Part shown: in pieces, positions 25,711 to 39,152 of the stretch | Layout of the letters: every line of letters starts with the position of its first letter | How positions within the stretch are numbered: the stretch's first letter is position 1 | Source: Eledone cirrhosa | Taxonomy: Eukaryota | Direction of reading: 5' to 3' | DNA: 64,000 bases | Assembly: GCA_964016885.1 (NCBI GenBank) | Contig: OZ024761.1 | Coordinates: 5,828,001-5,892,000 of the forward strand | Made by a program: the position numbers and the translations under genes | The notes under the pieces: generated by a model | The model's database searches: none | What the model saw: only the letters and a program-made list of their open reading frames with translations | Told to the model about the DNA's origin: nothing

Positions 25711-27489
25711 ATGTTTATCGATATCGTTGATAACGATATCGTCGAAAACGATATCGCCATATTGGAAGCGAACGCCACGCCTACCAAAAAAACAAGCGGG
25801 AAAGAGGAAACAACAGTTCAAACTGTTGAACAGCCCCTCCTCTCCAATGAAAAAAAAAAGAATATTAATTCAAATGAAAAACTTAATTTTGAAGAAAAAA
25901 ATAACACCACAAATAAGGAAACCAACAACATTACAACAACAAACAAAGACAAAATTTCTTTTGCCCAAACACTCAGGAAAGCCACGGAATACAAACCCAT
26001 AGACATCATGAACGCTAAGGAAAATTTGCTAGAGGCTAGAAAATACGTATCTTTTGGGGAGGATGGTTCTTTTACGATCAACTCCCCAGAAGAAGTGCGT
26101 CAACAGGTTTATAAGAATACCGTAACCTACAGAACCATAACCAACGAAACAAGAAAGCCAGCTCAATTGACCGAAAGTCAACTTGAGCTGGTTCTGAAAG
26201 AAATTAAAAACGACATACTCTTTATTCAAAGAGGAAAGCTGTATGCCAGCATTATGGTCCGAATGAAGGACGAAATGCTGGCGCAAAAATATTCGGTGGC
26301 ACCTATAGTGTCACCACAATACACCTTCTTCCCCACATATAAAGGAAGAAGAACACAAAGAATAAGAATATGGAGCCCAACGCCAGAAATTAACATCTGA
26401 TCCGTCCTAATAGGATTTACCGACCTAGAAAAGGATATACTTATTTCAGCAGGGGAGTCCACCAGTGGACTGTTCGGGGGGAAAAGTCTGGAGGTTCTCT
26501 TACAGATGACACCTGAGAGAATCTCCGGAATACCCGACCGAGTGCTACTGGATGGGCGAACCTTCATAAATATCACAGTGGAAGGCAGGAGACCCTCATG
26601 TTACCACTGCGCTGGCAGAGGTCACCTGAGGACGGCCTGCCCTCTACTAACAACAAAAAAACCACTGCTACAAACACCACAACAACAACAAAAACAACCA
26701 GCACCACCATCACAAAAACAACAAAATACACTACCATCACCACCAGAACGACAACAAAAACCAACAACACCACCACCACCACCACCACCACCACAACAAC
26801 AACAACAACATCAACAACAGCTCAAGAAAACAACCCATAACACGGTCCCACCCAGCCCCACCCCACAGAACACAAATACAAAAACACACGCAGTTCAAAC
26901 AGAACCCGGAGATATACCCCTCCCCTCCAATACGGAAGAGGAGCTCATATCGTCGGAAGACGAGGGGGCTCCCTTCCAAAAAGTGAAAAGAAAAAAACGT
27001 ACACACACCACACAAACAAAAATAACCCCACCTGCCAACACAACACAGACAATAAAACGCAAACTCACTCAACAACAACAAGCAAAAACAAACACAACAA
27101 CACAAAAACTCTACACATACATAAACAAAAACAATGAAAACCTAACTTTAAAAATAGAAACCAACCCTTCGATACAAACCGAAGGGCCGAATTTCGTAAC
27201 GGCAATGGGGCTCCCTAACCTGAAAATGGTGAAAATCCCACTTGACATTTTCAAAACTTTAAAAGACATGTACCCTGAGGACGTGGGCCCACCCTGCACC
27301 AGGCCACTCAACCGCGTCCTCCTGAAAGGTTTTCCCCTCCCCTCCTCAAACACCCACACAACTCCAAAGATCCCAACCCCTCCACACACTAATACCCCCA
27401 CACCACCACAAACCACCACCCCACCCATCAACCCCTCCACCAGCCCCATGGAAACTGAGCGGCCCGAACCCCAGGACGCAGAGAGGTAA
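25711..27489 (+). pseudogene. Tx1 ORF1 (gag-like, CCHC knuckle), one in-frame TGA
   Basis: SFAQTLRK motif, CYHCAGRGHLRTAC, P/T/Q-rich C-half. The frame continues across a TGA at 26398-26400; homologous to 45645-47472. Confidence 0.85.
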
Positions 27490-27512
27490 GTGCCTCTTTC
27501 TTTGCCACCAAC

Positions 27513-30500
27513 ATGGCTGTCTTAAGAGTAGGTTGTCTAAATGCGCGTGGCCTGGGCTCACCTTGGAAGCAAGCTAAACTTTTAAGTGACCTCAGGTCAC
27601 AATGTATAAATGTGATGGTTATTTGCGAGTCCCGGATCAGCAGCATGCGACAGCTATCCCCCACCTTTGATGACTTTGAGATGCACGCATCTCTCTGTCA
27701 GCCCGGAGGTGGGGGTGGGGTTGTCGTTCTGCTGCAAAAACATCTGGTCTCGCTACACAGACGGTACACTTGGACCCGGAGGGTCGACTCGTGGTTCTGG
27801 ACCTTGGCAATGGTGAAGGCGAAGCTTTTAGGCTTGTCGCCGTATACGCCCCTTTTGGGGCAATGCGGTCGGACTTCTTCCATCGTCTGGAGACTTTTCT
27901 AGGGACGTCTCGCTCCTTGCTTTTAGTGGGGGACTGGAATGGTATCCTAGATGCACGTTGGGACTATGTAGGGGCATGTCCCGATAGAGGGGGGTGTAAC
28001 AGCCTTAAGGGGTTAATCGGCCGATTTGACCTGGCCGATAGATACCGACTAGATTTTCTGACTGTACCAACCTGGACCTGGTCAAATAACAGTGGTCAAT
28101 CTAGATCGTACCTAGATAGGTTCTTAGTTAGAATTAAGGATAGGGACTTTTTAAGTTGTCCAGAAATGCTCATGGTGGGCTATTCAGACCACAAGTTAGT
28201 GACCTGCGTAGTCCACCTTGATAGAACGCATAGGCAGGGGCCCGGTTACTGGAAGCTCAACTTGTCCTTACCGGCAAGTAGAGCTTACAGGGACCGGATT
28301 AGAACCTTAGTTAAGGAGCGGTTGACGGGCGCCATCGTCAACAACAGGTGGTGGGGCTCTCTAAAAAGAGAGATTAGAGTAGTTTCAATAGGAGTTAGTA
28401 AAGAGTTAGCCTCAGATAGAAATAGGAAGGAAAGGGGGTTGGTAGTTAATGTTGAAGAGGCAATGAGAAGCGGCAACGTGGCCAGAGTGCAAGCGTCGAG
28501 AACGGTCTTGAACCAGTTCTTCGACGCGAAACACGAAGGCTGCGTTGTCCGAAGCAAAATACGTGCTCTGGGAAACGAGGGGACCAAAGCTGTTAGCTGG
28601 GCCCACGTGACAGAAGCGAAAAGTGGGATTAAATCCACTATCCGGTCTTTGCGAGACCAGGATGGATGGGTGATCCTTGAACCTAAGCAAATGTGCGAGG
28701 CCTTTCAAAGGCACTTTGCCCAATTGTTCGGGAGGGGCGGGGAGCCGGTTGGAGATGTGGATTTCGGTCCATACCTCGACGGCCTGCCGCGTCTTTCGGA
28801 CAGGGAGGCGAGGTCCTGCGACGGGCCGATCTCAGCTGCTGAAATAGGGGACGTGCTGAGCCTATGCGGCAAACGCAAATCTCCAGGACTCGATGGTCTG
28901 CCCTACGAACTATATATTAATATGCCGGACTTGTTCCCCGATCTCCTCGAGGCGGTCTACTGCAACTGGCAACAGAACGGGAGAATTCCCTGTTCTGTGA
29001 CCAAGGGCGTAGTCTCGCTAGTGAGGAAGGACGAGAACAAGGGGGATGACATTAGTAATTTTAGGCCCATAACTCTGCTAAATGCAGAGTTAAAGATTTT
29101 GGCGAAGGTGTTAGCGAAGAAGTTGGCGCTTGTCGTGGGGGGCCTGGTGGGAGATGCGCAGACATGAGCTATCCCGTCCAGGTCCATCCACGACAACCTC
29201 CACTTTGGTGGGGCCCTGATAAATTTAGATCAGTCTAAAGCGTTCGATAGGGTGGACCATGGTTACCTGGATGCGGCGCTAGCGGCGGCTGGGTTCGGAC
29301 CCGTTTTCAGGGGCTGGATCACTGCCATGCACAGCAGCCGCATCTGCTCTAGAGTCAAGGTGAACGGCTACCTCTCGGAGCCGTTCGAAATCACCCGCTC
29401 CATCCGACAGGGATGCCCTCTCTCCTCCCTTCTGTATGTATTGGCTCTCGAGCCACTACTGCGGAAGTTGGAGTTGTTGCAGGGCATCCCTTTGGAACCG
29501 GGATTGCGCAAAGCGGTGTCGGCCTACGCCGATGACGTAACAGTAATGGTGTCGACCACCTCGGAAATCGAGGCAATCGGCACCTTACTGGAGGAGTACG
29601 AAAGGTTGACAGGGCTAAGCTGAACCGGGACAAGTCAGTCGCTTTGCAACTCGGCGAGTGGAGGGGCAAAGCGATGTCGTGCGACGGTATCGTCGGACGG
29701 TGGACGGAGGGCCCGGTGAAGTTGTTTGGGGTCTGGTTCGGACCGGACCTCCAGGTGGAGAAAAACTGGGGTGAGGTGACGAATAGGGTGTTTGCACTGA
29801 CCCAGAAGTGGGCCGAGTGCAAACTATCCCTGAAAGGTCGGGCGGAGGTGGCGAACGCTTACATAGCGTCCGTCATCTATTACCGCTTGACTGTTGTGCC
29901 TTGCCCGGGTGAGATCCTCGCCAAAATGGAGCGCGCCCTCTTTTATTTCCTTTGGAAGAAGAGGTCTCCTCTGGTGAGGAGATCCATCTGCTGTCAACAC
30001 CCTTTGAAAGGAGGGCTGGGGATGCCGTGGCTAAAAATGCGTAAATACGCATTGAGGCTAAGGCACCTCCAGGTATTCCTCACCGGTCAACCGGTGTGGG
30101 CCCCGTTTGTGAGGCGAGCCTTCCCGAGGCTCGTCTCGCTCACCGAGCTGCAGTCCTGGGTGAAGCAAAGACCGAGAAAACTGGGCGACTGGCACACCGA
30201 GTGTGCCCAGACGCTCACGGCTCTCTGGCAGGCGGACCCGGCTATCGACGGAGACTCCACCTCGTCATTCTATAGAGGGCTGGTGGTTAGCGGGTGCGAC
30301 GACGCCCTCGGAGAAGCCCTAGGCATGGAGGAGGACGAACTGGCCAGTCTATTCGCTAGGACTTTCGGCCCGGGACCTATGGACAACTTCCAGAAGTCCT
30401 TGGCCTGGCAGTGCTACCAAGGGGCTCTGCCCGTTCGGGATAAGCTCTACAGACACGGGCGTCCGGGTAGGGACCCCTCGAAAAAGATCTGTCCCAGATG

Positions 30501-30783
30501 CGTGCGCGACGAGGAAACCGTCGCGCACGCATTGGTGCACTGCCCGGTCTTCCTCTGTGTAATAGCCATGGTAAAAGAGGCTATATGGTGGACGCGTCTG
30601 AAAGGGCTGAGGTCGGACACCTTTCTCTCCGGCCAACAACTGGTCCTTTTCTTCCGATACCATTTCGGAAGAAGGATCAGGATGGAGAGAGAGGTGCTCC
30701 ACTCCAGCCAGTTTTATGAAAGGTGGGTGAAAGTTGCGAGAATGGCCCGTGTGAATGGGCCTTCTCTCTACCTCAGCCTGTAG
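27513..30783 (+). pseudogene. Tx1 ORF2 (APE endonuclease, RT, CCHC), disrupted
   Basis: GCLNARGL, VYAP, GDWN, SYLDR, SDH, KSPGLDGLP, NFRPITLLN, QGCPLS, YADD. Frameshifts near 27755 and 29617, TGA at 29165, two internal deletions relative to the 42-47 kb copy. Confidence 0.92.
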
Positions 30784-31277
30784 GTGGAACAGGAAGAAGG
30801 GAGCACCCTCTCTTTGTGCTCCCGTGGAGAAGGGTCGCACACTTTTTTTCGGGGGTGTGTGTGACCCCAAAACGATCCCTCCCTATTGAGTACTTTCTTG
30901 TTACTATTTTGTTTGTTATATTTTTCTTACTCGATTTTTATGTAAACTCCCCCCACCCATGTACATGTCCCTTTCTTTTGTGCCCTAGTGGCAAATAAAC
31001 AGAAATTTGTCTGTCTGTCTGTCTGTCTAGCTGTCTAGCTGTCTAGCTGTCTGTCTGTCTGTCTGTCTGGCTGTCTGTCTGTCTGTCTGTCTGTCTGGCT
31101 TTAGCAATGTCTGATTAAGATCTTTAGGAAGTAGGTTAGAGGAAGTTTCATTAACACTGAAGACATTCAGTGTGGTGAAAGAGTAAAGAATGAGACGCGT
31201 TGAGAGAGAGGGGGGGTTGGGGGGGAGTGTGTGAGTGGGGGGGGGGGGGGGGTGAAAAAAAGGAGACAAACTGAAAA

Positions 31278-31344
<67 letters not shown>

Positions 31345-31350
31345 TGTGTA

Positions 31351-31383
<33 letters not shown>

Positions 31384-31459
31384 GTTTGTATGTGTGTGTG
31401 TGTTGGACTTCCGTTGATTCCTACGACCACTGTTCCAATTGTTGGAACTTCCGGAACGG

Positions 31460-32097
31460 CCTGCTCGTAGAATTTAACGTACAAGTAACCCAATGGGAAA
31501 TGTCTAATAGAGTTAACAATCTGTTACCTACATAGGTCATAAATACCGCTCTCTCTTTAACTGACACTGGGGGAAACTAGGATACTCCTGTGCTAAGAAT
31601 ATGAAGGCCCACATCACCAACAGCCCTAAGATCAGCACACCACCAGGATGCTCTTGCCGAAGATTTGATGCTTGTCCCCTTCAACAACAATGTAACACAC
31701 CCGCTGTAATTTACGAAGTGTGGTCACTTCTAACCGACCAAATCAACAACAATAGGTTAAGTTCCATGTAGGTATGGCGGGGGGGCCGGTTTAAAGAACG
31801 CTTCCTGAATCATCTGCCAACATTCAGATACCCGCACAAAAGATCGTCCACGAAGCTTGCGAGCCACATATGGTTCCTCAAGGGCGCAGGCATGGATTAC
31901 TCCATTCAATGGAAAGTTATTACTAAGTCTAAGCCATACGGAAATGGGAATCCGTATTGTATGCTGTGCATTGAAGAAAGAATCAATATCCTGAGAAGTT
32001 TGCGTAATAGGGCTTGTCTAAATTCAAGGAATGAGCTTTTTTCGCGTTGACACACGCCTGGAAACACCTATTACGTAAATACAAAGCTCCAGACTGA
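31460..32097 (+). pseudogene. Decayed second PLE: RT C-terminus and GIY-YIG domain (absent from the ORF track)
   Basis: Manual translation gives GHKYRSLFN, KLGYSCAKNMKAHI, GCSCRRFDACPLQQQCNTPAVIYEV, FKERFLNHLPTFRYPHKRSSTKLASHIWFLK, CMLCIEERINIL, LNSRNELFSR; colinear with the 19236-20204 protein. Confidence 0.88.
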
Positions 32098-32167
32098 ATA
32101 ACATGAATAATCTATTATATAATATATATATACATGCATATATGTACACACACACACACACACATAC

Positions 32168-32214
<47 letters not shown>

Positions 32215-32455
32215 CATATATAAACGTTTATAAACCACTAGATGTCGAAAGATTGTCGGGCGCCGGTCATTATGGTTGTACTCTGAGAGTATCGATATAG
32301 AAACGATTGTAATATGCCAATAAAGTTTGTACATATGCTGCAACACTGACTTCCATTCGAATTACACCATGTACACTCTGCACACTGAAGCCGCCTCAAA
32401 TCTGGAATACATCCCACACGATATATCTTAATAAAGAAGTTATATGATTGTTTCA

Positions 32456-32645
32456 TATAGAAATCACTTCTACAGGACTAGAACTGTTTAATTCGTATGA
32501 AATCATCAGGGATGTCCAAGTGGTTTCATAGGAATGAAACAGTTCTAGACCTGTAGAAGTCGTTTCTATATATAATAGAGACGCCTATACTCTACCAACG
32601 TATTGAGTACTTTATTTTACCTGCGGACACCACAGGAGAACCTAC
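32456..32645 (+). mobile_element. Old degenerate PLE-type palindrome plus tail
   Basis: Imperfect arms 32456-32570 with CTGATGA on the minus strand; tail ACTCTACCAACGTATTGAGTACTTT resembles the family D tail. Confidence 0.5.
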
Positions 32646-32909
32646 ATATGTGTGTGTGTGTGAGAATTTGTCTTTGTATGTGTGTGAATGCGTATGTGTG
32701 TTTGTGTGTGAATGTGTTTATGTCTGTGTCTGTGAATGTGTATGTGTGTGTGTGTGTGATTGTGTCTTTGTGTGTGTGAATGTGTCTGTGTGCGTTTGTG
32801 AATGTGTGTGTGTGATTGTGTCTTTGTGTGTGTATGTGCGTGTGTGTGTGTGTGTCTGTGTTAGAAACAAATATATTTTAACCATCTGATGATTCCTAAC
32901 TGACCCAGT

Positions 32910-33515
32910 TAGTTACCCACCCACGATCTGGTATTGGGGTGTCTTGTAGTTATGTTACCCACCCACGATCAGGTATTGGGGTCTTATACAGTAGCTGTAG
33001 TTATGTTACCCACCCACGATGAGATATTGGGGCTCCTAGTAGCTGTATTTGTGTTACCCACCCACGCTCAGATATTAGGGTGTCTTGTAGCTGTATTTGT
33101 GTTACCCACCCACGCTCAGATATTAGGGTGTCTTGTAGCTGTATTTGTGTTACCCACCCACGCTCAGATATTAGGGTGTCTTGTAGCTGTAGTTGTGTTA
33201 CCCACCCACGATGAGATATTGGGGTTCCTAGTAGCTGTATTTGTGTTACCCACCCACGATGAGATATTAGGGTGTCTTGTAGCTGTAGTTGTGTTACCCA
33301 CCCACGATGAGATATTCGGGTGTCTTGTAGCTGTAGTTGTGTTACCCACCCACGATGAGATATTAGGGTGTCTTGTAGCTGTAGTTGTGTTACCCACCCA
33401 CGATGAGATATTCGGGTGTCTTGTAGCTGTAGTTGTGTTACCCACCCACGATGAGATATTCGGGTGTCTTGTAGCTGTAGTTGTGTTACCCACCCACGAT
33501 GAGATATTGGGGTCT
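32910..33515. repeat. 48-bp minisatellite, about 12 copies
   Basis: Unit GTTACCCACCCACGATGAGATATTAGGGTGTCTTGTAGCTGTAGTTGT. Confidence 0.95.
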
Positions 33516-33732
33516 AGTAGTTGTGTTTGGGAATTGTTAATCACATGAAAATCTTTATACTGAAGACCTTCTTCAAGTGATCCTTCATTAACAAACGTCC
33601 AATTGAAACCTAAGTACAACCACTTACACTTGATTGGCATTTCAAGTTAATTGTTACTGACCACACCAAAGATCTCAGCGCTGTCAGAGCCACACACACC
33701 TCTTTGATTAGATATATATATACATACATACA

Positions 33733-33767
<35 letters not shown>

Positions 33768-34059
33768 GTATACATACATGGTTAGAGAAGTGGATTCGCG
33801 ATCCTGAGGTTGTCAGTTCGATTTCTGGACCGGGCGATGCGTTATGTCCTTGAGCAAGACACTTTATTTCACGTTGCTCCTTCTACCTGGAGTTGCGACC
33901 GATAGAAAGTATTAGCAATTGGAAAGACCAACGGAAACATTGTTCCCTCGGTCCGATTTGACGAAAAGTCGATTTGCTCTACGGTTCTTATATATTTGAT
34001 ATATATTTATCCTTATCGAGCCCTCTTTGGATTTTAGTCTTCAAATTTATTATTATTAC

Positions 34060-34091
<32 letters not shown>

Positions 34092-34112
<21 letters not shown>

Positions 34113-34260
34113 GATATTAACAAATGGAAACTATATTTATAAAACCATATCTATTTTATTATACATATTTCAAGGATACCATGTTAAATTATGGTATGCT
34201 TTCATCAGACAAAATACAATATATACCAGTTTTATAAATAAATATTGATAAATAAATATT

Positions 34261-34304
<44 letters not shown>

Positions 34305-34745
34305 AAAATGTTTGACCACGGCGGCAGAGCTCAAGCCGTTTCGACGGCTATTTCTGGACTAAAAATAGTCCAGAAATAGCCCTCGAAACGGCTTGAGCTC
34401 TGCCGTCGTGGTCAAACATTTTCTTATTACCCACTCTACTACTCTAAGTATTGAGTACTCTGGTGCGTTATGGTCCATTTGGTTCCTTACCACACCTCCT
34501 TCGTTATATATATATATAATAATTGTTTCTACTTTTGGCACAAGGCCAGCAATTACTCCAGTATATTACTGGTACTTTATTTTATCGACCCCGTAAGGAT
34601 GAAAGGCAAAGTTAACCTTGGCGGGATTTGAATTCATATTCAAACTATTAATAAATGAGAAATATCATAACCAAACTATATATTTTATTATACATATTTC
34701 AAAGGTACAATGGTGTTTCAGTACGTTTTCATCAGAGAAAATATA
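34092..34745. mobile_element. Nest: family C fragment (34092-34260), family D variant palindrome (34301-34506), SINE (34520-34634, minus), family C fragment (34640-34745)
   Basis: Sequence matches to the copies described above. Confidence 0.75.
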
Positions 34746-34847
34746 TAAGAGATTGGTTATACGACATACCGTTAAGGTCTTGTATCTTCAATCCCTGTAG
34801 AAAATTGAATTCGTTGAATAATCAACGAACCATATAAACTTTTGGTC

Positions 34848-34882
<35 letters not shown>

Positions 34883-34983
34883 ATGTCGTTAAGTGGATGA
34901 TGTGGTTGGTATTTAGCCCCCGGTCAACCATTCACCCGACAATTTATCTAGGAGTACATTAACTAATGTTTTTTTATTCCTTG

Positions 34984-35408
34984 TTTAAGACGATAGTGTG
35001 TGATTTGAGGGATGTATGGCTGCTATTTCTAGCATGTGAAATGACCAGAGACTATTTAAGACGATAGGGTGTGATTTAACGAATGTATGGCTGCTATTTC
35101 TAGCAGGTGAAATGATCAGAGGCTATTTAAGACGATAGTGTGTGATTTGAGGGATGTATGGCTGCTATTTCTAGCAGGTGAAATGATCAGAGGCTATTTA
35201 AGACGATAGTGTGTGATTTGAGGGATGTATGGCTGCTATTTCTAGCAGGTGAAATGACCAGAGGCTATTTAAGACGAGAGTGTGTGATTTGAGGGATGTA
35301 TGGCTGCTATTTCTAGCATGTGAAATGACCAGAGACTATTTAAGACGATAGGGTGTGATTTAACGAATGTATGGCTGCTATTTCTAGCAGGTGAAATGAC
35401 CAGAGGCT
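34984..35408. repeat. 71-bp tandem repeat, 6 copies
   Basis: Unit TTTAAGACGATAGTGTGTGATTTGAGGGATGTATGGCTGCTATTTCTAGCAGGTGAAATGATCAGAGGCTA. Confidence 0.93.
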
Positions 35409-35512
35409 AAAGATATTCTAATTGGTGACTAAGACCAGAGAATGGGTTCTAGGAGTTACTGGGAGAAATGAAGGGTTGAATAGATATATAGATAAAACAC
35501 TTGTTACATGAT

Positions 35513-36232
35513 AATGGTGGTGTGGTGGTGTAGTAGTGGTGGTGGTGGTGGTGTAGGTGGCGGTAGTGGTGGTGGTGGTGGTGGTGGTGTAGTGGTGGTG
35601 GTGGTGGTGGTGTAGTGGTGGTGGTGGTGGTGTAGTGGTGGTGGTGGTGTGGTGGTGTAGTAGTGGTGGTGGTGGTGTAGTGGTGGTGGTGGTGGTGGTG
35701 GTGGTGGTGTAGTGGTGGTGGTGGTGGTGGTGGTGGTGTGGTGGTGTAGTGTTGGTGGTGGTGGTGGAGTGGTGGTGGTGGTGGTGGTGGTGGTGTAGTA
35801 GTGGTGATGTAGTGGTGGTGGTGTAGTGGTGGTGTGGTGGTGGTGGTGGTGTAGTGGTGGTGGTGGTGGTGTAGTAGTGGTGATGTAGTGGTGGTGGTGG
35901 TGGTGGTGGTGTAGCTGGTAGTGGTGATGGTGGTGTCGTGGTGGTGGTGTAGTGGTGGTGGTGTAGTGGTGGTGGTATAGTTGGTGGTTGTGATGATGGT
36001 GTAGTGGTGGTTGTGGTGGTGTTGGTGGTGGTGGTGGTAGTTGTAGTGGTGGTGGTGTAGTGGTGGTGGTGGTGGTGGTAGTGGTATAGTTGGTGGTGGT
36101 GATGGTGGTGTAGTGGTGGTGGTCGTTGTGGTGGTGGTGGTGGTTGTAGTTGTAGTGGAGGTGGTGGTGTTGGTGTAGTGGTGGGGGGTGTAGTGGTGTT
36201 GGTGGTGTTGGTGGTGATGATGGTGATGATGA
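35513..36232. repeat. (GGT)n repeat
   Basis: Direct inspection. Confidence 0.96.
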
Positions 36233-36968
36233 CAATGATATCGATAATAATAGAACATTATTCCGATTCTCTCGCCAGAAAATCCTTGATCGAAATCTTA
36301 TTCCTTCAGTTGACTTGCAGACACAATATTCTGTTATAGGTAAATAAAGAAATAGATAGGAGAGAGGGGGAGTGGGGAGAAAGAGGGAGGGGAGAGAAGG
36401 GGGAAGTGAGAGGGAGAGTGAGAGAGAGTAAATGGTGAAAATACTATAGGAAAACAACGGTCGCCGTTTCATTTGCTACGCTGTGTGTGAGTGTATGTGT
36501 GTGTTTGTGTGAATGTATGTATGTGTTGTTGTGTGAATATATGTGTGTGTGTTTGTGTAAATGTACATACATTCACACAGGCAGCAGAGGTAAAGAGAGG
36601 GGAGTAGTATGAGGTAGTCAAACTACTCCTCTCTCTTTACATGTTGTGACAGAATCGCAGACATTTATATATAGATGTACTCACACATATAAATGTATAC
36701 ATATGCACTTACGCACATGCACACATACATACACACACACTCACACACATATACACACACTCACACACATATACACACACGCACATACACACACACTCAC
36801 ACACTCACACACATATACACACACGCACATACACACACACTCACACACTCACACACATATATACAGACTCACACACATACATACACACTCACACACATAT
36901 ACACACTCACACACATATACACACATACACACATACACACACACAGGCACACACATATACACATACAC

Positions 36969-37013
<45 letters not shown>

Positions 37014-37704
37014 CATACACACACACATATCCACACACTCACACACATATACACACAGGCACACATACACACACAGGCACACATATAAACACATACACAC
37101 ATACATACACACACAGGCACACACACACATACACGCACACATATATATACACACATACATACACACACAGGCACACACACACATACACGCACACACATAT
37201 ATACACACAGGCAAACACACATACACACACAGGCACACACACACACATACACGCACACACATATATACACACACAGGCACACACACACATAGACGTAGTT
37301 TGACTACCTCATACTACTCCCCTCTCTTTACCTCTGCTGCCTGTGTGAATGTATGTACATTTACACTGCAGTTGATAGAAATGGCTACTTGTGAGAGACG
37401 GCAGTGAATGTTAACACAGTTTCAGATTTATCTTTCTTTGTTGCAATTGTCCAAAACAACAGAGTCCCAGTTGTGTGAGAGATGGTGACAGTCTTTGGGG
37501 TAGACTGAAATGTAACCCTTGCCCGGTATATGATAACCTGATTAGGGTTATTTAAGGTGAGAGAGAGAGAGAGAGAGAGAGGGGGAGAGGGAGAGCAACT
37601 AGTTTTATTTGGAAGACATTCAATGAAGGGATGGATGGTACCAAGATTTAGTTTCAATGTTATCAGATAAAGGTGACGGTGAGATATATATATATATATA
37701 TATA

Positions 37705-37902
37705 TAGGAACAAGTAAGACCCCGACGGCTGAGCTCAAGCCGTTTCGACGGCTAATTCTGTACTGAGTACAGAATTAGCCATCGAAACGGCTTGAGCTCA
37801 GCCGTCGGGGTCTTACTTGTTCCTATTACCCACACTACTACCCTAAGTATTGAGTACTTTAGTGCGTTATGGTCCATCTGGTTCCTTACCACATTTCCTT
37901 CG

Positions 37903-37953
<51 letters not shown>

Positions 37954-38352
37954 AAAGTTCTATTTAAAATTGTTGGGATACAACAAGTAAATATTTTATA
38001 ACTGATATAAAGCACTCGACAAGTTTTTGGAGTAGATATACGATATTAAATAAATGGAAACTATATTTATAAAACCATATTTATTTCATTATACATATTT
38101 CAGGGATACCAAATTAAAATATGGTATGCCTTCATATTTATAAAACTGTTTATATATTGTATTTTGTCTGATGAAGGCATACCATATTTTAATTTGGTAT
38201 CCCTGAAATATGTATAATGAAATAAATATGGTTTTATAAATATAGTTTCCATTTATTTAATATCGTATATCTACTCCAAAAACTTGTCGAGTGCTTTATA
38301 TCAGTTATAAAATATTTACTTGTTGTATCCCAACAATTTTAAATAGAACTTT

Positions 38353-38395
<43 letters not shown>

Positions 38396-38507
38396 CGAAG
38401 GAAATGTCGTAAGGAACCAGGTGGACCATAACGCTCTAAAGTACTCAATACTTAGGGTAGTAGAGTGGGTAATAGGAACGAGTAGGACCCCGGGGGTCCT
38501 ACTCGTT

Positions 38508-38510
<3 letters not shown>
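37705..38510. mobile_element. Cluster of PLE palindromes: family D (37705-37904), family C symmetric (37951-38355, HHR at 38160-38224 +), family D reversed (38392-38510)
   Basis: Each is separated by (TA)n. The HHR reads TATTTTGT-CTGATGA-aggcatacca..tggtatccct-GAAA-TATGTA-TA-ATGAAATA. Confidence 0.85.
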
Positions 38511-38564
<54 letters not shown>

Positions 38565-38739
38565 GAGATCGAATCTTCGCTGTGTGGATAATTAGTTTAA
38601 CCACCATCTCAGTGTGTTCGGCCTTTAACGTAAGTTGTAAGCTCTAATTCTTTTGAATTATTGAGCGCTTGCCTCACAATTCGAAAAGTGTTTTTTCGTT
38701 ATTTCATAGGCTGAAATTCGATTCTCGCTAATTTTTACT

Positions 38740-38800
<61 letters not shown>

Positions 38801-38953
38801 AAATTAACGATGAAAATAATTGTTTCTACCCTTGGCACAAGGCCAGCAAATACCTAGTGCATTACTGGTACTTTATTGTATCGACCCCGTAAGGTATTAA
38901 ATTAACAATGAAAATAATAACAACAAAGTTGAGTTATTTTACCTATTCATATC

Positions 38954-39079
38954 ATTGTTTTACGATCGTTTCGGTGGGTTGATCATATTGAAATATTGTC
39001 TGATTTATAGCAGTTATATAACTGTATACTATCAGACCTCATATATAGGTTCGATCAGACCGTATTCTTCGGAAACAAT
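38954..39079 (-). ncRNA. Family B-related HHR motif with long stem II and CCGAAGA core
   Basis: ATTGTTT-CCGAAGA-[~93 nt]-GAAA-CGATCG-TA-AAACAAT; 7-bp stem I. A family B-like tail (GATTACATTGAGTT) lies at 39110. Confidence 0.6.
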
Positions 39080-39152
39080 CTACAGATTTCACTGGATTAA
39101 TCGCCATCAGATTACATTGAGTTTTATCTACGGTACAGACCCTACCACCAAG

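Larger units (their letters stand above)
25536..31007 (+). mobile_element. Near full-length Tx1/L1-group LINE inserted in (TCTG)n
   Basis: 5' UTR, ORF1, ORF2 and 3' UTR ending GTGGCAAATAAACAGAAAT; (TCTG)n on both flanks. Confidence 0.93.

Noticed and set aside
29165-29167. In-frame TGA at a Cys position in Tx1 ORF2 (and TGA at 26398 in ORF1)
   Set aside because: The paralogous copy has a sense codon, and this copy also has frameshifts and deletions.
31403-31520. Minus-strand exon-like peptide IVNSIRHFPLGYLYVKFYEQ
   Set aside because: The plus strand of most of this stretch aligns with the decayed PLE RT C-terminus, so it is probably an antisense shadow.
32048-32050. TGA at a conserved Cys position in the second PLE (possible selenocysteine)
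   Set aside because: The conserved CxH..K.LL continuation (THAWKHLL) is in another frame, so a 1-bp deletion explains it. The copy is decayed.
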